This document shows positions 24,572 to 33,068 of a stretch of DNA of 64,000 nt, piece by piece. Below the pieces are notes generated by a model. The model was not told the DNA's origin, ran no database searches, and saw nothing but the letters and a program-made list of their open reading frames with translations. Numbering within the stretch: position 1 is the first letter of the stretch; every line of letters starts with the position of its first letter. The stretch is from a virus. Taxonomy: Duplodnaviria > Caudoviricetes. A program made the translations under genes and the position numbers. The DNA lies in IMG/VR virus record IMGVR_UViG_3300022602_000025. One strand, 5' to 3'.

Positions 24572-25557
24572 TGACATATATTTTGGTAGACACGGCAAAT
24601 ACATTTTTCCGTGCAAGACATGTAGTACGTGGAGACATTTCTGAAAAAGTAGGAATGAGCTTGCACGTCATTTTAAACTCTGTGCGTAAAGCGTGGAAAG
24701 ACTTTGATGGGAAACATGTCATATTCTGCCTAGAAGGTCGTAGCTGGCGTAAGGACCACTATGCGCCGTACAAGCGTAATAGACAAGAAACACGTGATGC
24801 GATGAGTCCAAAAGATGCAGAAGAAGATAAAGTATTCTGGGAAACTTTTGATGACTTCAAAACATTTGTTACTGAAAAAACTAACTGTACTGTATTACAG
24901 CATCCTCAGTTAGAAGCAGATGATTTGATCGCAGGTTGGATTGCCGCACATCCAAATGACAATCATGTTATTATTTCAACAGACGGCGACTTCGCACAAC
25001 TTATTGCTCCCAACGTAAAACAGTATAACGGTGTTACGCAGGTTACAATAACACACGAAGGATACTTTGACGAAAAAGGTAAACCTGTTAAAGATAAGAA
25101 AACTGGAGAAGTAAAACCTGCTCCAGATCCAGAATGGTTGCTGTTTGAAAAATGTATGCGTGGCGACACTAGCGATAACGTGTTTAGTGCATATCCAGGT
25201 GTGCGTACTAAAGGCACTAAAAACAAAGTTGGTCTTTTAGAAGCATTTGGTGATCGTAACTCAAAAGGTTATAGTTGGAACAATCTCATGCTGCAGCGTT
25301 GGACTGATCACGAAGGTGTAGAACATCGTGTGCTAGATGATTACAACCGTAATGTCACTTTGTGTGACCTAACAGCACAGCCTGATAATATTAAACAACT
25401 TATCAGCCAAACAATTAATGAAGCTGTCGAAGCAGATAAAAATATTCCGCAAGTTGGAATTAGACTTATGAAGTTTTGCGGAGCATACGATTTAGCAAAA
25501 GTGGGCGAGCAGATTACAAGTTATGTAGATCCGTTTAACATGAGGTATAATCAATGA
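24571..25557 (+). CDS. rnh: T4-type RNase H / 5'-3' exonuclease (FEN-like)
   Basis: ILVDTANTFFR, LEADDLIA, ISTDGDFAQL, MRGDTSDNV. Confidence 0.92.
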   Translation: MTYILVDTANTFFRARHVVRGDISEKVGMSLHVILNSVRKAWKDFDGKHVIFCLEGRSWRKDHYAPYKRNRQETRDAMSPKDAEEDKVFWETFDDFKTFVTEKTNCTVLQHPQLEADDLIAGWIAAHPNDNHVIISTDGDFAQLIAPNVKQYNGVTQVTITHEGYFDEKGKPVKDKKTGEVKPAPDPEWLLFEKCMRGDTSDNVFSAYPGVRTKGTKNKVGLLEAFGDRNSKGYSWNNLMLQRWTDHEGVEHRVLDDYNRNVTLCDLTAQPDNIKQLISQTINEAVEADKNIPQVGIRLMKFCGAYDLAKVGEQITSYVDPFNMRYNQ

Positions 25558-26030
25558 TCACAGTCGCAAAAGTTTTAGTACCAAATAAGTTTTGGATTTT
25601 AGAAGCAGATGGTGAGAAAGTCGCTACCTTAACTAAAGAGAAGAAAGGATATTCTGTTCTTTGCAAAGGGCAGAAAATGGAATTTCACGACCTTGCTGAA
25701 ATTAAAGAACGATTTGGAATTACACTAGATGCTGCCATAATCAAAAAAGAAAAGACAGCAGAAAAGCCGGATGAAATTTATGGATATCCAGTTAATGGTC
25801 GTGCGTTTGGTCCACTGTGGAATGTCCAAAAGAAACTGCCTATCTATGCTAAAAGCAATAAAAGTAAAAGTCTGTATTGTGCAGGCTACTATGTGATCCG
25901 TTTCCGCAAAGGTTGGGTTAAAAGTTTCTGTCCAAAACTAATTACTTTAGAACGTTATCCGTTTAAGGGTCCTTTTAAAACTGAATTAGAAATGCGTACA
26001 ATTTTAAATACAGTATCCAAGGACACATAA
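25554..26030 (+). CDS. hypothetical protein
   Basis: 158-aa coupled ORF. Confidence 0.75.
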   Translation: MITVAKVLVPNKFWILEADGEKVATLTKEKKGYSVLCKGQKMEFHDLAEIKERFGITLDAAIIKKEKTAEKPDEIYGYPVNGRAFGPLWNVQKKLPIYAKSNKSKSLYCAGYYVIRFRKGWVKSFCPKLITLERYPFKGPFKTELEMRTILNTVSKDT

Positions 26031-26254
26031 TGAAAGCACTCAACACAATACCTATTGAAAACTTCTTAGAACGTGCTAGAATCGCACGAAAAAGCGGTCA
26101 AAAGACTGTGAATTTGCCTATAGATGATGCTGATATGTTAGCTGATAGTCTAGCCACTGTTATGACACGTTTAGCAGGTGAATTAGACGCTATTGCTATG
26201 AATTCACAGCAATCTGCAGCTATTACAGTACAAATGGACGGTGGAAGTTTGTAA
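26030..26254 (+). CDS. hypothetical protein
   Basis: 74-aa coupled ORF. Confidence 0.7.
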   Translation: MKALNTIPIENFLERARIARKSGQKTVNLPIDDADMLADSLATVMTRLAGELDAIAMNSQQSAAITVQMDGGSL

Positions 26255-26263
26255 TATATCAAC

Positions 26264-26298
26264 TAAATATGCGTATATATTTGTAGGATATACGCATA
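26264..26298 (+). promoter_or_regulatory. TAAATA late-promoter-like motif fused to an 11-bp RBS-occluding hairpin
   Basis: TAAATA 26264-26269; TATGCGTATAT (26268-26278) pairs with ATATACGCATA (26288-26298); SD AGGA 26285-26288; ATG 26299. Confidence 0.7.
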
Positions 26299-26583
26299 AT
26301 GAGTCGACCAAAGCCAAACGTACTGTTAGAATTAACAAATAAAAAGACCTATAAAACTGAACAAGTTTTAGAAGCCGAAGCCATCTGGGCGGTGTTTTAT
26401 AAAGACAAGCCCGTGAACCTAAAAACTACCAGTATAATTGCCCAACAGCTAGGACCAAAATATAAAAAAGTTAGTTTTTCTAATAGCGGTCATGCCATTA
26501 ATTTAGCAGAAAAATTAAACAAATTGTTCAATAGCACCGACTTTTCAGTATATAAACTTACAACAGGCGAACGCTTAGAGTAA
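26299..26583 (+). CDS. hypothetical protein (probably late)
   Basis: 94-aa ORF behind the hairpin/late motif. Confidence 0.8.
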   Translation: MSRPKPNVLLELTNKKTYKTEQVLEAEAIWAVFYKDKPVNLKTTSIIAQQLGPKYKKVSFSNSGHAINLAEKLNKLFNSTDFSVYKLTTGERLE

Positions 26584-26993
26584 TGGATGTTAAGCGACAT
26601 TTAACCAAAATTATCAGTAATCATCTAGGTTGGCCTACAGACGCTACTACCCTAGAAAAAAATCATGTACTGATATGGCAAAACCCAAGGAAGAAAGAAA
26701 TAGGTGGTAATCGTTTGACTGACGAAGGGCTGTCCATATTCACAGAAAAAATGGATATGAAAAGTTATGAGATTGACTTTCCAAAAGAAATGACCCTTAC
26801 AAATAAAGTTACAATTTGGTTAGATCGCTTTATAGATGGTCCATATTATATAACCAAAACGTCCATAATTGTTTTTAAAGAAAAAACGGCCGTACAACTA
26901 GTACTGTTTAGCGGCGATGTCCAAAAATTTGGCCTTGCAAAGGTCATGTCTCAAGAAGCCCAAAAAGAAGATTCTGGGCAAACCAGTGCTTGA
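26583..26993 (+). CDS. hypothetical protein
   Basis: 136-aa ORF, TAATG coupling. Confidence 0.75.
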   Translation: MDVKRHLTKIISNHLGWPTDATTLEKNHVLIWQNPRKKEIGGNRLTDEGLSIFTEKMDMKSYEIDFPKEMTLTNKVTIWLDRFIDGPYYITKTSIIVFKEKTAVQLVLFSGDVQKFGLAKVMSQEAQKEDSGQTSA

Positions 26994-27018
26994 CCTTTTA
27001 GATTAATGACGCTATAAT
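26990..27018 (+). promoter_or_regulatory. sigma70-consensus promoter
   Basis: TTGACC(26990-26995)-N17-TATAAT(27013-27018). Confidence 0.8.
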
Positions 27019-27072
27019 ATATACATAGAGCGTTACAAACCCACCATAGTTTTACATAGAAAGGTAAGTTAA

Positions 27073-28155
27073 ATGGCAAAAGACATTAGTGTCAATCGTG
27101 TACAGACACCCAACGAGGCCAAAGCAGCTATTCGTAAGTGTATGAAAGTTGGACGTCCTGTATTCATGTGGGGTCCTCCAGGTATTGGTAAATCAGATAT
27201 CGTCAAACAACTTGGCGATGAGCAAGGACGTGAAGTTATCGACGTTCGTTTGAGTTTGTGGGAACCTACTGACATTAAGGGTATTCCATATTACAACTCA
27301 GATTCAAAGACAATGACTTGGGCACCTCCAGCAGAGTTGCCTACAGATCCAAACAGTACTGCAGTTCTATTCCTAGACGAACTTAATTCAGCAGCTCCTG
27401 CTACACAAGCAGCGGCCTTCCAATTGGTGTTGAATCGTCGTGTAGGTACATACACTTTGCCCAAAGGTGTTAGCATTGTAGCCGCTGGTAACCGTGAAGG
27501 TGATAAAGGTGTTACATATCGTATGCCTGCTCCGTTGGCTAACCGCTTCTTGCACTTGGAATTGCATCACGATCATGCAGATTGGCAAGAATGGGCTGTT
27601 GCTAACAAGATCCATGAACAGGTTGTAGGCTATTTGGGTTTTGCTAAACAAGACTTGTATGACTTTGATCCAAAGAGCTCAAGCCGTGCATTTGCTACTC
27701 CACGTAGCTGGTCATTTGTTTCTGACTTGTTGGGCGATGACGACTTGCCAGAATCTACATTGACTGATTTGGTTGCAGGTGCTATCGGTGACGGGTTGGC
27801 TGTTAAGTTTATGGCACACCGCAAGGTTGCTAAACAGATGCCTAAGCCAGAATCAATCCTCAAAGGCGAAATTAAGAAATTGGAAATTAAAGAAATTTCC
27901 GCTATGTATTCTTTGACAATCAGTATGTGCTACGAACTTCAAACAGCGCATGAGAAGAAAGTTAAAGAATGGAACGAAATGGCAGATTGTTTCTTCCGCT
28001 TTATGATGGATAATTTCCCAACTGAGTTGGTAGTTATGGGTGCTAAGGTTGCTCTTACACAGTATCAATTACCGTTTGACGCTAGCAAGCTCAAGAGCTT
28101 TGATGAGTTCCATGAGAAGTTTGGCAAGTACATTATCTCAGCAATGGAGAGTTAA
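27073..28155 (+). CDS. MoxR-like AAA+ ATPase
   Basis: Walker A GPPGIGKS, Walker B LFLDELN, AAGNR, PLANRF. Confidence 0.9.
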   Translation: MAKDISVNRVQTPNEAKAAIRKCMKVGRPVFMWGPPGIGKSDIVKQLGDEQGREVIDVRLSLWEPTDIKGIPYYNSDSKTMTWAPPAELPTDPNSTAVLFLDELNSAAPATQAAAFQLVLNRRVGTYTLPKGVSIVAAGNREGDKGVTYRMPAPLANRFLHLELHHDHADWQEWAVANKIHEQVVGYLGFAKQDLYDFDPKSSSRAFATPRSWSFVSDLLGDDDLPESTLTDLVAGAIGDGLAVKFMAHRKVAKQMPKPESILKGEIKKLEIKEISAMYSLTISMCYELQTAHEKKVKEWNEMADCFFRFMMDNFPTELVVMGAKVALTQYQLPFDASKLKSFDEFHEKFGKYIISAMES

Positions 28156-28179
28156 GAAAAGGGCCTTAGGGCCCTTTTC
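28156..28179. terminator. Intrinsic terminator-like hairpin (symmetric)
   Basis: GAAAAGGGCC-TTAG-GGCCCTTTTC, a 10-bp stem right after the stop. Confidence 0.75.
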
Positions 28180-28202
28180 CAATTTTAAAAAAGGAAAAAG
28201 AA

Positions 28203-28370
28203 ATGGCTGTAAAATCTTGGTATTTGAGCATTATCGATTCGTCGACACACAAACCCGTATTACATAAAATGTTTTTTACAGCACCAGTAATGAATGCGTT
28301 TATTAAAGAACAAGAAATTTTAGAGAAATATCCAAAACCCCAATACTATATTGTCAAAGAAAATTATTAG
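28203..28370 (+). CDS. hypothetical protein (55 aa, missing from the ORF track)
   Basis: MAVKSWYLSIIDSSTHKPVL...KENY*; SD AAGGA upstream; abuts the next ATG. Confidence 0.6.
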   Translation: MAVKSWYLSIIDSSTHKPVLHKMFFTAPVMNAFIKEQEILEKYPKPQYYIVKENY

Positions 28371-28664
28371 ATGAGTAGATTTACCATAACCAAATTAGAC
28401 CGTAGACACGCTGGCTATAAGCAATTCAGCCATTATATTACTCCACGTTATAAAACCAAATTAGAAGATAAATTGGATTTTTTAAAATGGCGTAAGTGGT
28501 GTTGGGAAACTTTTGGGCCCGGAATGGAAAGAGATTACGCTATAGAATTGGGTAGCGATCACTATCATATGGGCAGATGGGCATGGCATACTCCGCTAGA
28601 AACCAAACGATTATACTTTGCCAGCGAGAAAGATTTGAGTCAATTTTGTCTATTTTGGAGTTGA
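28371..28664 (+). CDS. hypothetical protein
   Basis: 97-aa W-rich ORF. Confidence 0.7.
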   Translation: MSRFTITKLDRRHAGYKQFSHYITPRYKTKLEDKLDFLKWRKWCWETFGPGMERDYAIELGSDHYHMGRWAWHTPLETKRLYFASEKDLSQFCLFWS

Positions 28665-28689
28665 CAAACTGGTAAAAATGTTATATAAT
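28661..28689 (+). promoter_or_regulatory. sigma70-consensus promoter
   Basis: TTGACA(28661-28666)-N17-TATAAT(28684-28689). Confidence 0.85.
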
Positions 28690-28719
28690 ATATACATACA
28701 CTGAAACAAAGGAATTCAA

Positions 28720-29985
28720 ATGGCATCTACCGTAATGAAACAAGAGCGTACTAAAAAGTCTAAAGAACGTGTTTTTACCAATGACGAAAAAAACAAAGTT
28801 GTTGAGAAACTAATTACAGCTCGTGTTGGACTTTTATTGCGTCATCCGTTCTTTGGTAATTTGGCTACCCGAATGAAATTAGTAGATGCATCAGATTGGT
28901 GTGCCACACTTGCTACAGACGGACGTACATTTTATTACAATGTAGGATTCGTATATGAGCTCACTCCAAAAGAATGTGAGTTCGGATTCGCTCACGAAGT
29001 ATTGCATAATGTATTTGATCACATGGGACGCCGTGAAGGTCGTGATCCTCAGCTTTCAAATATTGCTGCAGACTATGCCGTTAATCAAATCTTAAAAGAT
29101 GAACGCATTGGCGAAGTGCCAAGCATGATTAAGATTTTCCAAGATAACAAATATCGCGGCTGGTCATATGAACAAATTTACGCAGACGTTGAAGAGCGGG
29201 CAATTAAGATTGACCTAAATCAACTTGGCGAATTGCTCGACGATCACTTAGATGACGGAGATGACGAAGGTCAAGGCGGCGGTGGCGATCAAGAAGGCCC
29301 AGAAGGCAAAGGCAAAGGTCGTCCAAAACTTACTGCTGAAGAAAAGAAAAAAATCCGCGATGAGATCAAAGAAGCCATGGTCAGTGCCGCACAGGCTGCA
29401 GGAGCAGGTCGTGTACCAGCAGGAGTTGCACGTCTTATCAAAGATTATACTGAGCCAAAAATGGACTGGCGTCAGTTGTTACGCATGAACATCCAAAGTA
29501 TTGTTAAGTCTAACTTTAGTTTTAGCCGTCCAAATCGTAAGTCACAACACAGCGGTGCTGTATTACCAGGACTTATGAACGAAGAAACTATTGATATCTG
29601 TGCTAGTATTGACATGTCAGGTAGTATTAGTGATGCTATGGCCAAAGACTTCATTAGCGAAGTCAAAGGAATCATGGAAGAATACACTGATTTCAAAATT
29701 AGACTATGGTGCTTTGATACTGAGGTTTATAATCTCGCAGAATACACAGCTGATAACGGTGATGAACTGTTGGACTATGAAGTCAAAGGTGGTGGTGGAA
29801 CAGACTTTGAGGCCAACTATAACTTTATGAAAAATGAAGATATTGTGCCTAAAAAGTTTATCATGTTTACAGACGGTTACCCATGTGGTAGCTGGGGTGA
29901 CGAGGACTACTGTGATACCTTGTTTATTATCCACGGAACTGAATCCATAATTCCTCCATTCGGCCAAGTCGCATATTATAAATAA
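28720..29985 (+). CDS. HExxH metallopeptidase-like + VWA domain protein (DUF2201-like), MoxR partner
   Basis: AHEVLH, acidic G/D linker, MIDAS DMSGS, GGGGTDF, MFTDG. Confidence 0.88.
   Translation: MASTVMKQERTKKSKERVFTNDEKNKVVEKLITARVGLLLRHPFFGNLATRMKLVDASDWCATLATDGRTFYYNVGFVYELTPKECEFGFAHEVLHNVFDHMGRREGRDPQLSNIAADYAVNQILKDERIGEVPSMIKIFQDNKYRGWSYEQIYADVEERAIKIDLNQLGELLDDHLDDGDDEGQGGGGDQEGPEGKGKGRPKLTAEEKKKIRDEIKEAMVSAAQAAGAGRVPAGVARLIKDYTEPKMDWRQLLRMNIQSIVKSNFSFSRPNRKSQHSGAVLPGLMNEETIDICASIDMSGSISDAMAKDFISEVKGIMEEYTDFKIRLWCFDTEVYNLAEYTADNGDELLDYEVKGGGGTDFEANYNFMKNEDIVPKKFIMFTDGYPCGSWGDEDYCDTLFIIHGTESIIPPFGQVAYYK
29977..29984 (+). promoter_or_regulatory. T4-type late promoter motif TATAAATA
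   Basis: Exact TATAAATA 13 nt upstream of ATG 29998. Confidence 0.55.
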
Positions 29986-29997
29986 AGTAGGTACATT

Positions 29998-30282
29998 ATG
30001 GCTTTGATAAAAGGTACGATAAATGCACTCAATATTTTGGGTGCTAGAAAATTATCATATATTCCTAAACACTTTGCTGTAATGCGAATCGGTCAAACTT
30101 ATAAGATGTCTGATATAGACAATTGGATTTACCATAATTTAGATAGCAGATATGCTATCGCCAAAAGTCTAAAATTAGATAATAACAATAAGATGATTGA
30201 GATCCAAGAGATAGGGGTCGAGGACGCAAAAGAGCTAACTATGTTAAGCCTTTCGTGTCCTTTCTTAGACAGAAACATATAA
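29998..30282 (+). CDS. hypothetical protein
   Basis: 94-aa ORF. Confidence 0.75.
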   Translation: MALIKGTINALNILGARKLSYIPKHFAVMRIGQTYKMSDIDNWIYHNLDSRYAIAKSLKLDNNNKMIEIQEIGVEDAKELTMLSLSCPFLDRNI

Positions 30283-30296
30283 TATAGGAGATATAA

Positions 30297-30578
30297 ATGT
30301 CTGAACAATTAGATCAAGGTCAAGCAACAACTACTGAACCAGTAGGCGGTGCAGATCAACAACCAGCAGCTCAACCTGCTCCAGAATTAACAGTACAAGA
30401 TTTGAGCAATCTACGTGCTATCATCGATGTATCAGCTCAGCGTGGTGCATTCCGTGCATCAGAAATGGAAGCTGTAGGTGCCGCTTTTAACAAGTTATCT
30501 AAGTTTTTAGATGCTGTAGCACCACAACAAGCACCAGCAGATCAACAACAGGCACCAGCTGATCAACCAGCAGCCTAA
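30297..30578 (+). CDS. hypothetical protein with Q/P/A-rich termini
   Basis: SD AGGAG; QQAPAD repeated at the C-terminus. Confidence 0.8.
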   Translation: MSEQLDQGQATTTEPVGGADQQPAAQPAPELTVQDLSNLRAIIDVSAQRGAFRASEMEAVGAAFNKLSKFLDAVAPQQAPADQQQAPADQPAA

Positions 30579-30590
30579 TAGGAGACTAAA

Positions 30591-31178
30591 ATGAAACACG
30601 TTGGTAAAATGAAAAACAACGGAGCGAGAATTGTAATTGCTTACCGCACTATTCCAGGAGATCCGCATTCTGCATTAGTAATCGGAACCCAGGCACTTAT
30701 GGATTCATATCATGACTCACTTATGAGTCTTGTGGATTCAGAAGCAGGTCAGCAAGCAGATGAATTAGCCGATATCATGGCTGTTCGTAGATTCCCGGAC
30801 GGTTCAAATATGCTACATTGGGTTCATACCAACGGTCATTTGAAGAAAGTCCCTACAAGTGGTGTTCTTGTTACTCCAGATAATAAAACATCAGTTGCGT
30901 TGGATGAGCTAAACAACATCATCGCTCAACAAAAAGGTATTAAGTTAGAACAACTTGCACTAAAGGATGGCTCTAATGCAACCATTCCAACTATTGCAGA
31001 TAAGTCTACACAAACTGAATCCGTTGATACAAGCATTGATGATACATCAAAACTTGAGTTAACTCCTGCAGAAATGCGTTCACGTGCAGATGCTTTATAT
31101 AAAGAAGCTGCTAGATTGCGTAAAGAAGCAGATACAATGGATCCACCAAAAAAGAAAGCCGTTAAAGAGACAGCTTAA
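30591..31178 (+). CDS. hypothetical protein
   Basis: 195-aa ORF, SD AGGAG. Confidence 0.8.
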   Translation: MKHVGKMKNNGARIVIAYRTIPGDPHSALVIGTQALMDSYHDSLMSLVDSEAGQQADELADIMAVRRFPDGSNMLHWVHTNGHLKKVPTSGVLVTPDNKTSVALDELNNIIAQQKGIKLEQLALKDGSNATIPTIADKSTQTESVDTSIDDTSKLELTPAEMRSRADALYKEAARLRKEADTMDPPKKKAVKETA

Positions 31179-31192
31179 TTTAAATCTCCAAT

Positions 31193-31219
31193 AAAAAGCC
31201 CGCTTAAAGCGGGCTTTTT
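31193..31219. terminator. Bidirectional intrinsic terminator between convergent blocks
   Basis: AAAAAGCCCGCT-TAA-AGCGGGCTTTTT, a 12-bp stem with A/T tracts on both sides. Confidence 0.9.
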
Positions 31220-31236
31220 GTTTATGTAGTATATTG

Positions 31237-33054
31237 TTATATAACTATTACTTCAATTATTCCAGACTCGCCTGTAAAATCTTGTAAGGCTTTAGCAAAA
31301 GCTGCGTTTGGACTATCAGTAGGTTGCATAGATTCCCCAAATCCTGATGTAGCACTTGTAACTAGCAAGTCACCTTTCTTAACAGGACCAATTACTTTGC
31401 AAGGCACACGTCCTTTCAATGCAATATATGGATGTGTATCATCTGTTCCTGCTGCAGAATTCAATTTAAATGCAGGCGCACTAGATACAATTCCTGCCAC
31501 TGAAACATCTGCACGATTAGTTGTAAATGTAACTTCTTGACTTCCGCCAACTATTAATACTGTACCTGCTGGATATACTTCATCAGATGCGTATCTTTCT
31601 GCGATATCAGCGTATGTTGCTTGGAAACTTGCACCATTTGCTAGTTGCCATGTGCCATAAACAGTACTTACTGACGAAGTTGTAGTTGTTTTTAGTACGT
31701 CAATAGATAAACTTTGGAATTTAACGTTAGCACGTAAGTCGATATTCTGTGGTAAACTTAATACTGCATCGCCTGTAGGTTGGCTTGTAGCGATCTGATT
31801 TACTGTTCCTGCAATACTTGTTATACCGCCGTTGTTAATTGTAACAGAGCCGCCCAATGCTACACTAGGAACACTTACTGAAATTCCTGTACCGCCTGTA
31901 ATAGCAACTGTATCTGTAGTTAAACTACCAACTGGAATAGTACGAGATGTAATTCCTGCACCTGAGCCGTTTAATAGTGTAGCTGATAAGGTATTAACAA
32001 ACATCGTTGAAGCATTAACGCTGTTAGCATACACAGCATAGAATGATCCACCAGGAGATGCGTTACCTAAAGAAATATTTGCACTTGGATTTGGGTTTAC
32101 AAATCCTGTATTACCAGTTCCTGTAGTTGCAGAAATGATATTAAAATATTGATTACCATTATTGAGTACATTAATATTAAACTTATTACCATTTACAATA
32201 CTAATATTACCTTCAGTACTGTTAGTAATGTGTAATTTCATTACTCCGCCAATACCTAATAACATACCATCATTACTGTTAACTGTTAACGAACCGCTAA
32301 AGTTAGACAATTCAGCACGTTGTAAGTAGTCGCCTGCTGAAACAAATGTACTTAAACCAGTAGTAGGACTAGTAGAAACCATTCCTAATGCTGACATAGC
32401 GGTACCCCACAGTAAAGTTCCTGTTGGGCTACCAGAATTATTTAAAGAAGCACTAATACCTGCGGCATTAGTACCTGCTAGGTTAATACCTCTATATATT
32501 GTGTTGTAGTTTGAATATATACTATCAGTATTGTTAATGCCAAATGCTGCATCTGCTGTAATGCTGATAGGTACGTTGTTAATTTGTGACTCTAATACTA
32601 GGTGTGATAATGTATCTGCACCTGTAATCGTTGCAGGAACTACAGCACCTGTAACACTTGATGTAATTGCAGGACCAATCTTAGTCCAGTCATTGCCGTT
32701 CCAGGCCCATAATGCGCCAACAGCTTTATCCCACCAAAGGTCGCCTAGGTTAAGACCTGTCGTAGGACGGCTAGCACCATTATCTAAAAATCCAAGACTC
32801 TTAAATGATGTGCCAATGTTTACTTTTAATATTTTATTTGAACTATCATACCATACTTCACCTATCAACGGCTTAGTTGGGGGTAAAGGATTTGCAAAAT
32901 TTTCTAACAGTTTAACAAAGTTTTCATTGAATACTTGTCCATAGCCTGTGTAGTTTTTACCTACAAAGGTTAAATCTGAACTTGTAACATCAATTTTACC
33001 GTCCTGTACAACAGTTAAAATTATTCCGTTTGTTTTATTGAGTGTATATGGCAT
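31237..33054 (-). CDS. Tail fibre protein with C-terminal autocleaving chaperone-like (peptidase G2/S74-type) domain
   Basis: Shared fibre N-domain (LTFVGKNY.GYG..FNENFVKLLENFA); C-terminal ATYADIAERY...IALKGRVPCKV.GPV.KGDLL. Confidence 0.75.
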   Translation of the reverse strand: MPYTLNKTNGIILTVVQDGKIDVTSSDLTFVGKNYTGYGQVFNENFVKLLENFANPLPPTKPLIGEVWYDSSNKILKVNIGTSFKSLGFLDNGASRPTTGLNLGDLWWDKAVGALWAWNGNDWTKIGPAITSSVTGAVVPATITGADTLSHLVLESQINNVPISITADAAFGINNTDSIYSNYNTIYRGINLAGTNAAGISASLNNSGSPTGTLLWGTAMSALGMVSTSPTTGLSTFVSAGDYLQRAELSNFSGSLTVNSNDGMLLGIGGVMKLHITNSTEGNISIVNGNKFNINVLNNGNQYFNIISATTGTGNTGFVNPNPSANISLGNASPGGSFYAVYANSVNASTMFVNTLSATLLNGSGAGITSRTIPVGSLTTDTVAITGGTGISVSVPSVALGGSVTINNGGITSIAGTVNQIATSQPTGDAVLSLPQNIDLRANVKFQSLSIDVLKTTTTSSVSTVYGTWQLANGASFQATYADIAERYASDEVYPAGTVLIVGGSQEVTFTTNRADVSVAGIVSSAPAFKLNSAAGTDDTHPYIALKGRVPCKVIGPVKKGDLLVTSATSGFGESMQPTDSPNAAFAKALQDFTGESGIIEVIVI

Positions 33055-33060
33055 AATGTA

Positions 33061-33066
33061 TATTTA
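33061..33066 (-). promoter_or_regulatory. TAAATA late-promoter-like motif
   Basis: 6 nt upstream of ATG 33054; no SD in between. Confidence 0.5.
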
Positions 33067-33068
33067 CG

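Noticed and set aside
29945-30001. CCATAAT/ATTATGG pairing that could sequester the ATG at 29998
   Set aside because: Only 7 bp across a 43-nt loop in AT-rich DNA; compatible with chance.
30523-30576. Short tandem DNA repeat (QQAPAD x2)
   Set aside because: Two imperfect copies encoding a low-complexity tail; no evidence of a functional repeat array.
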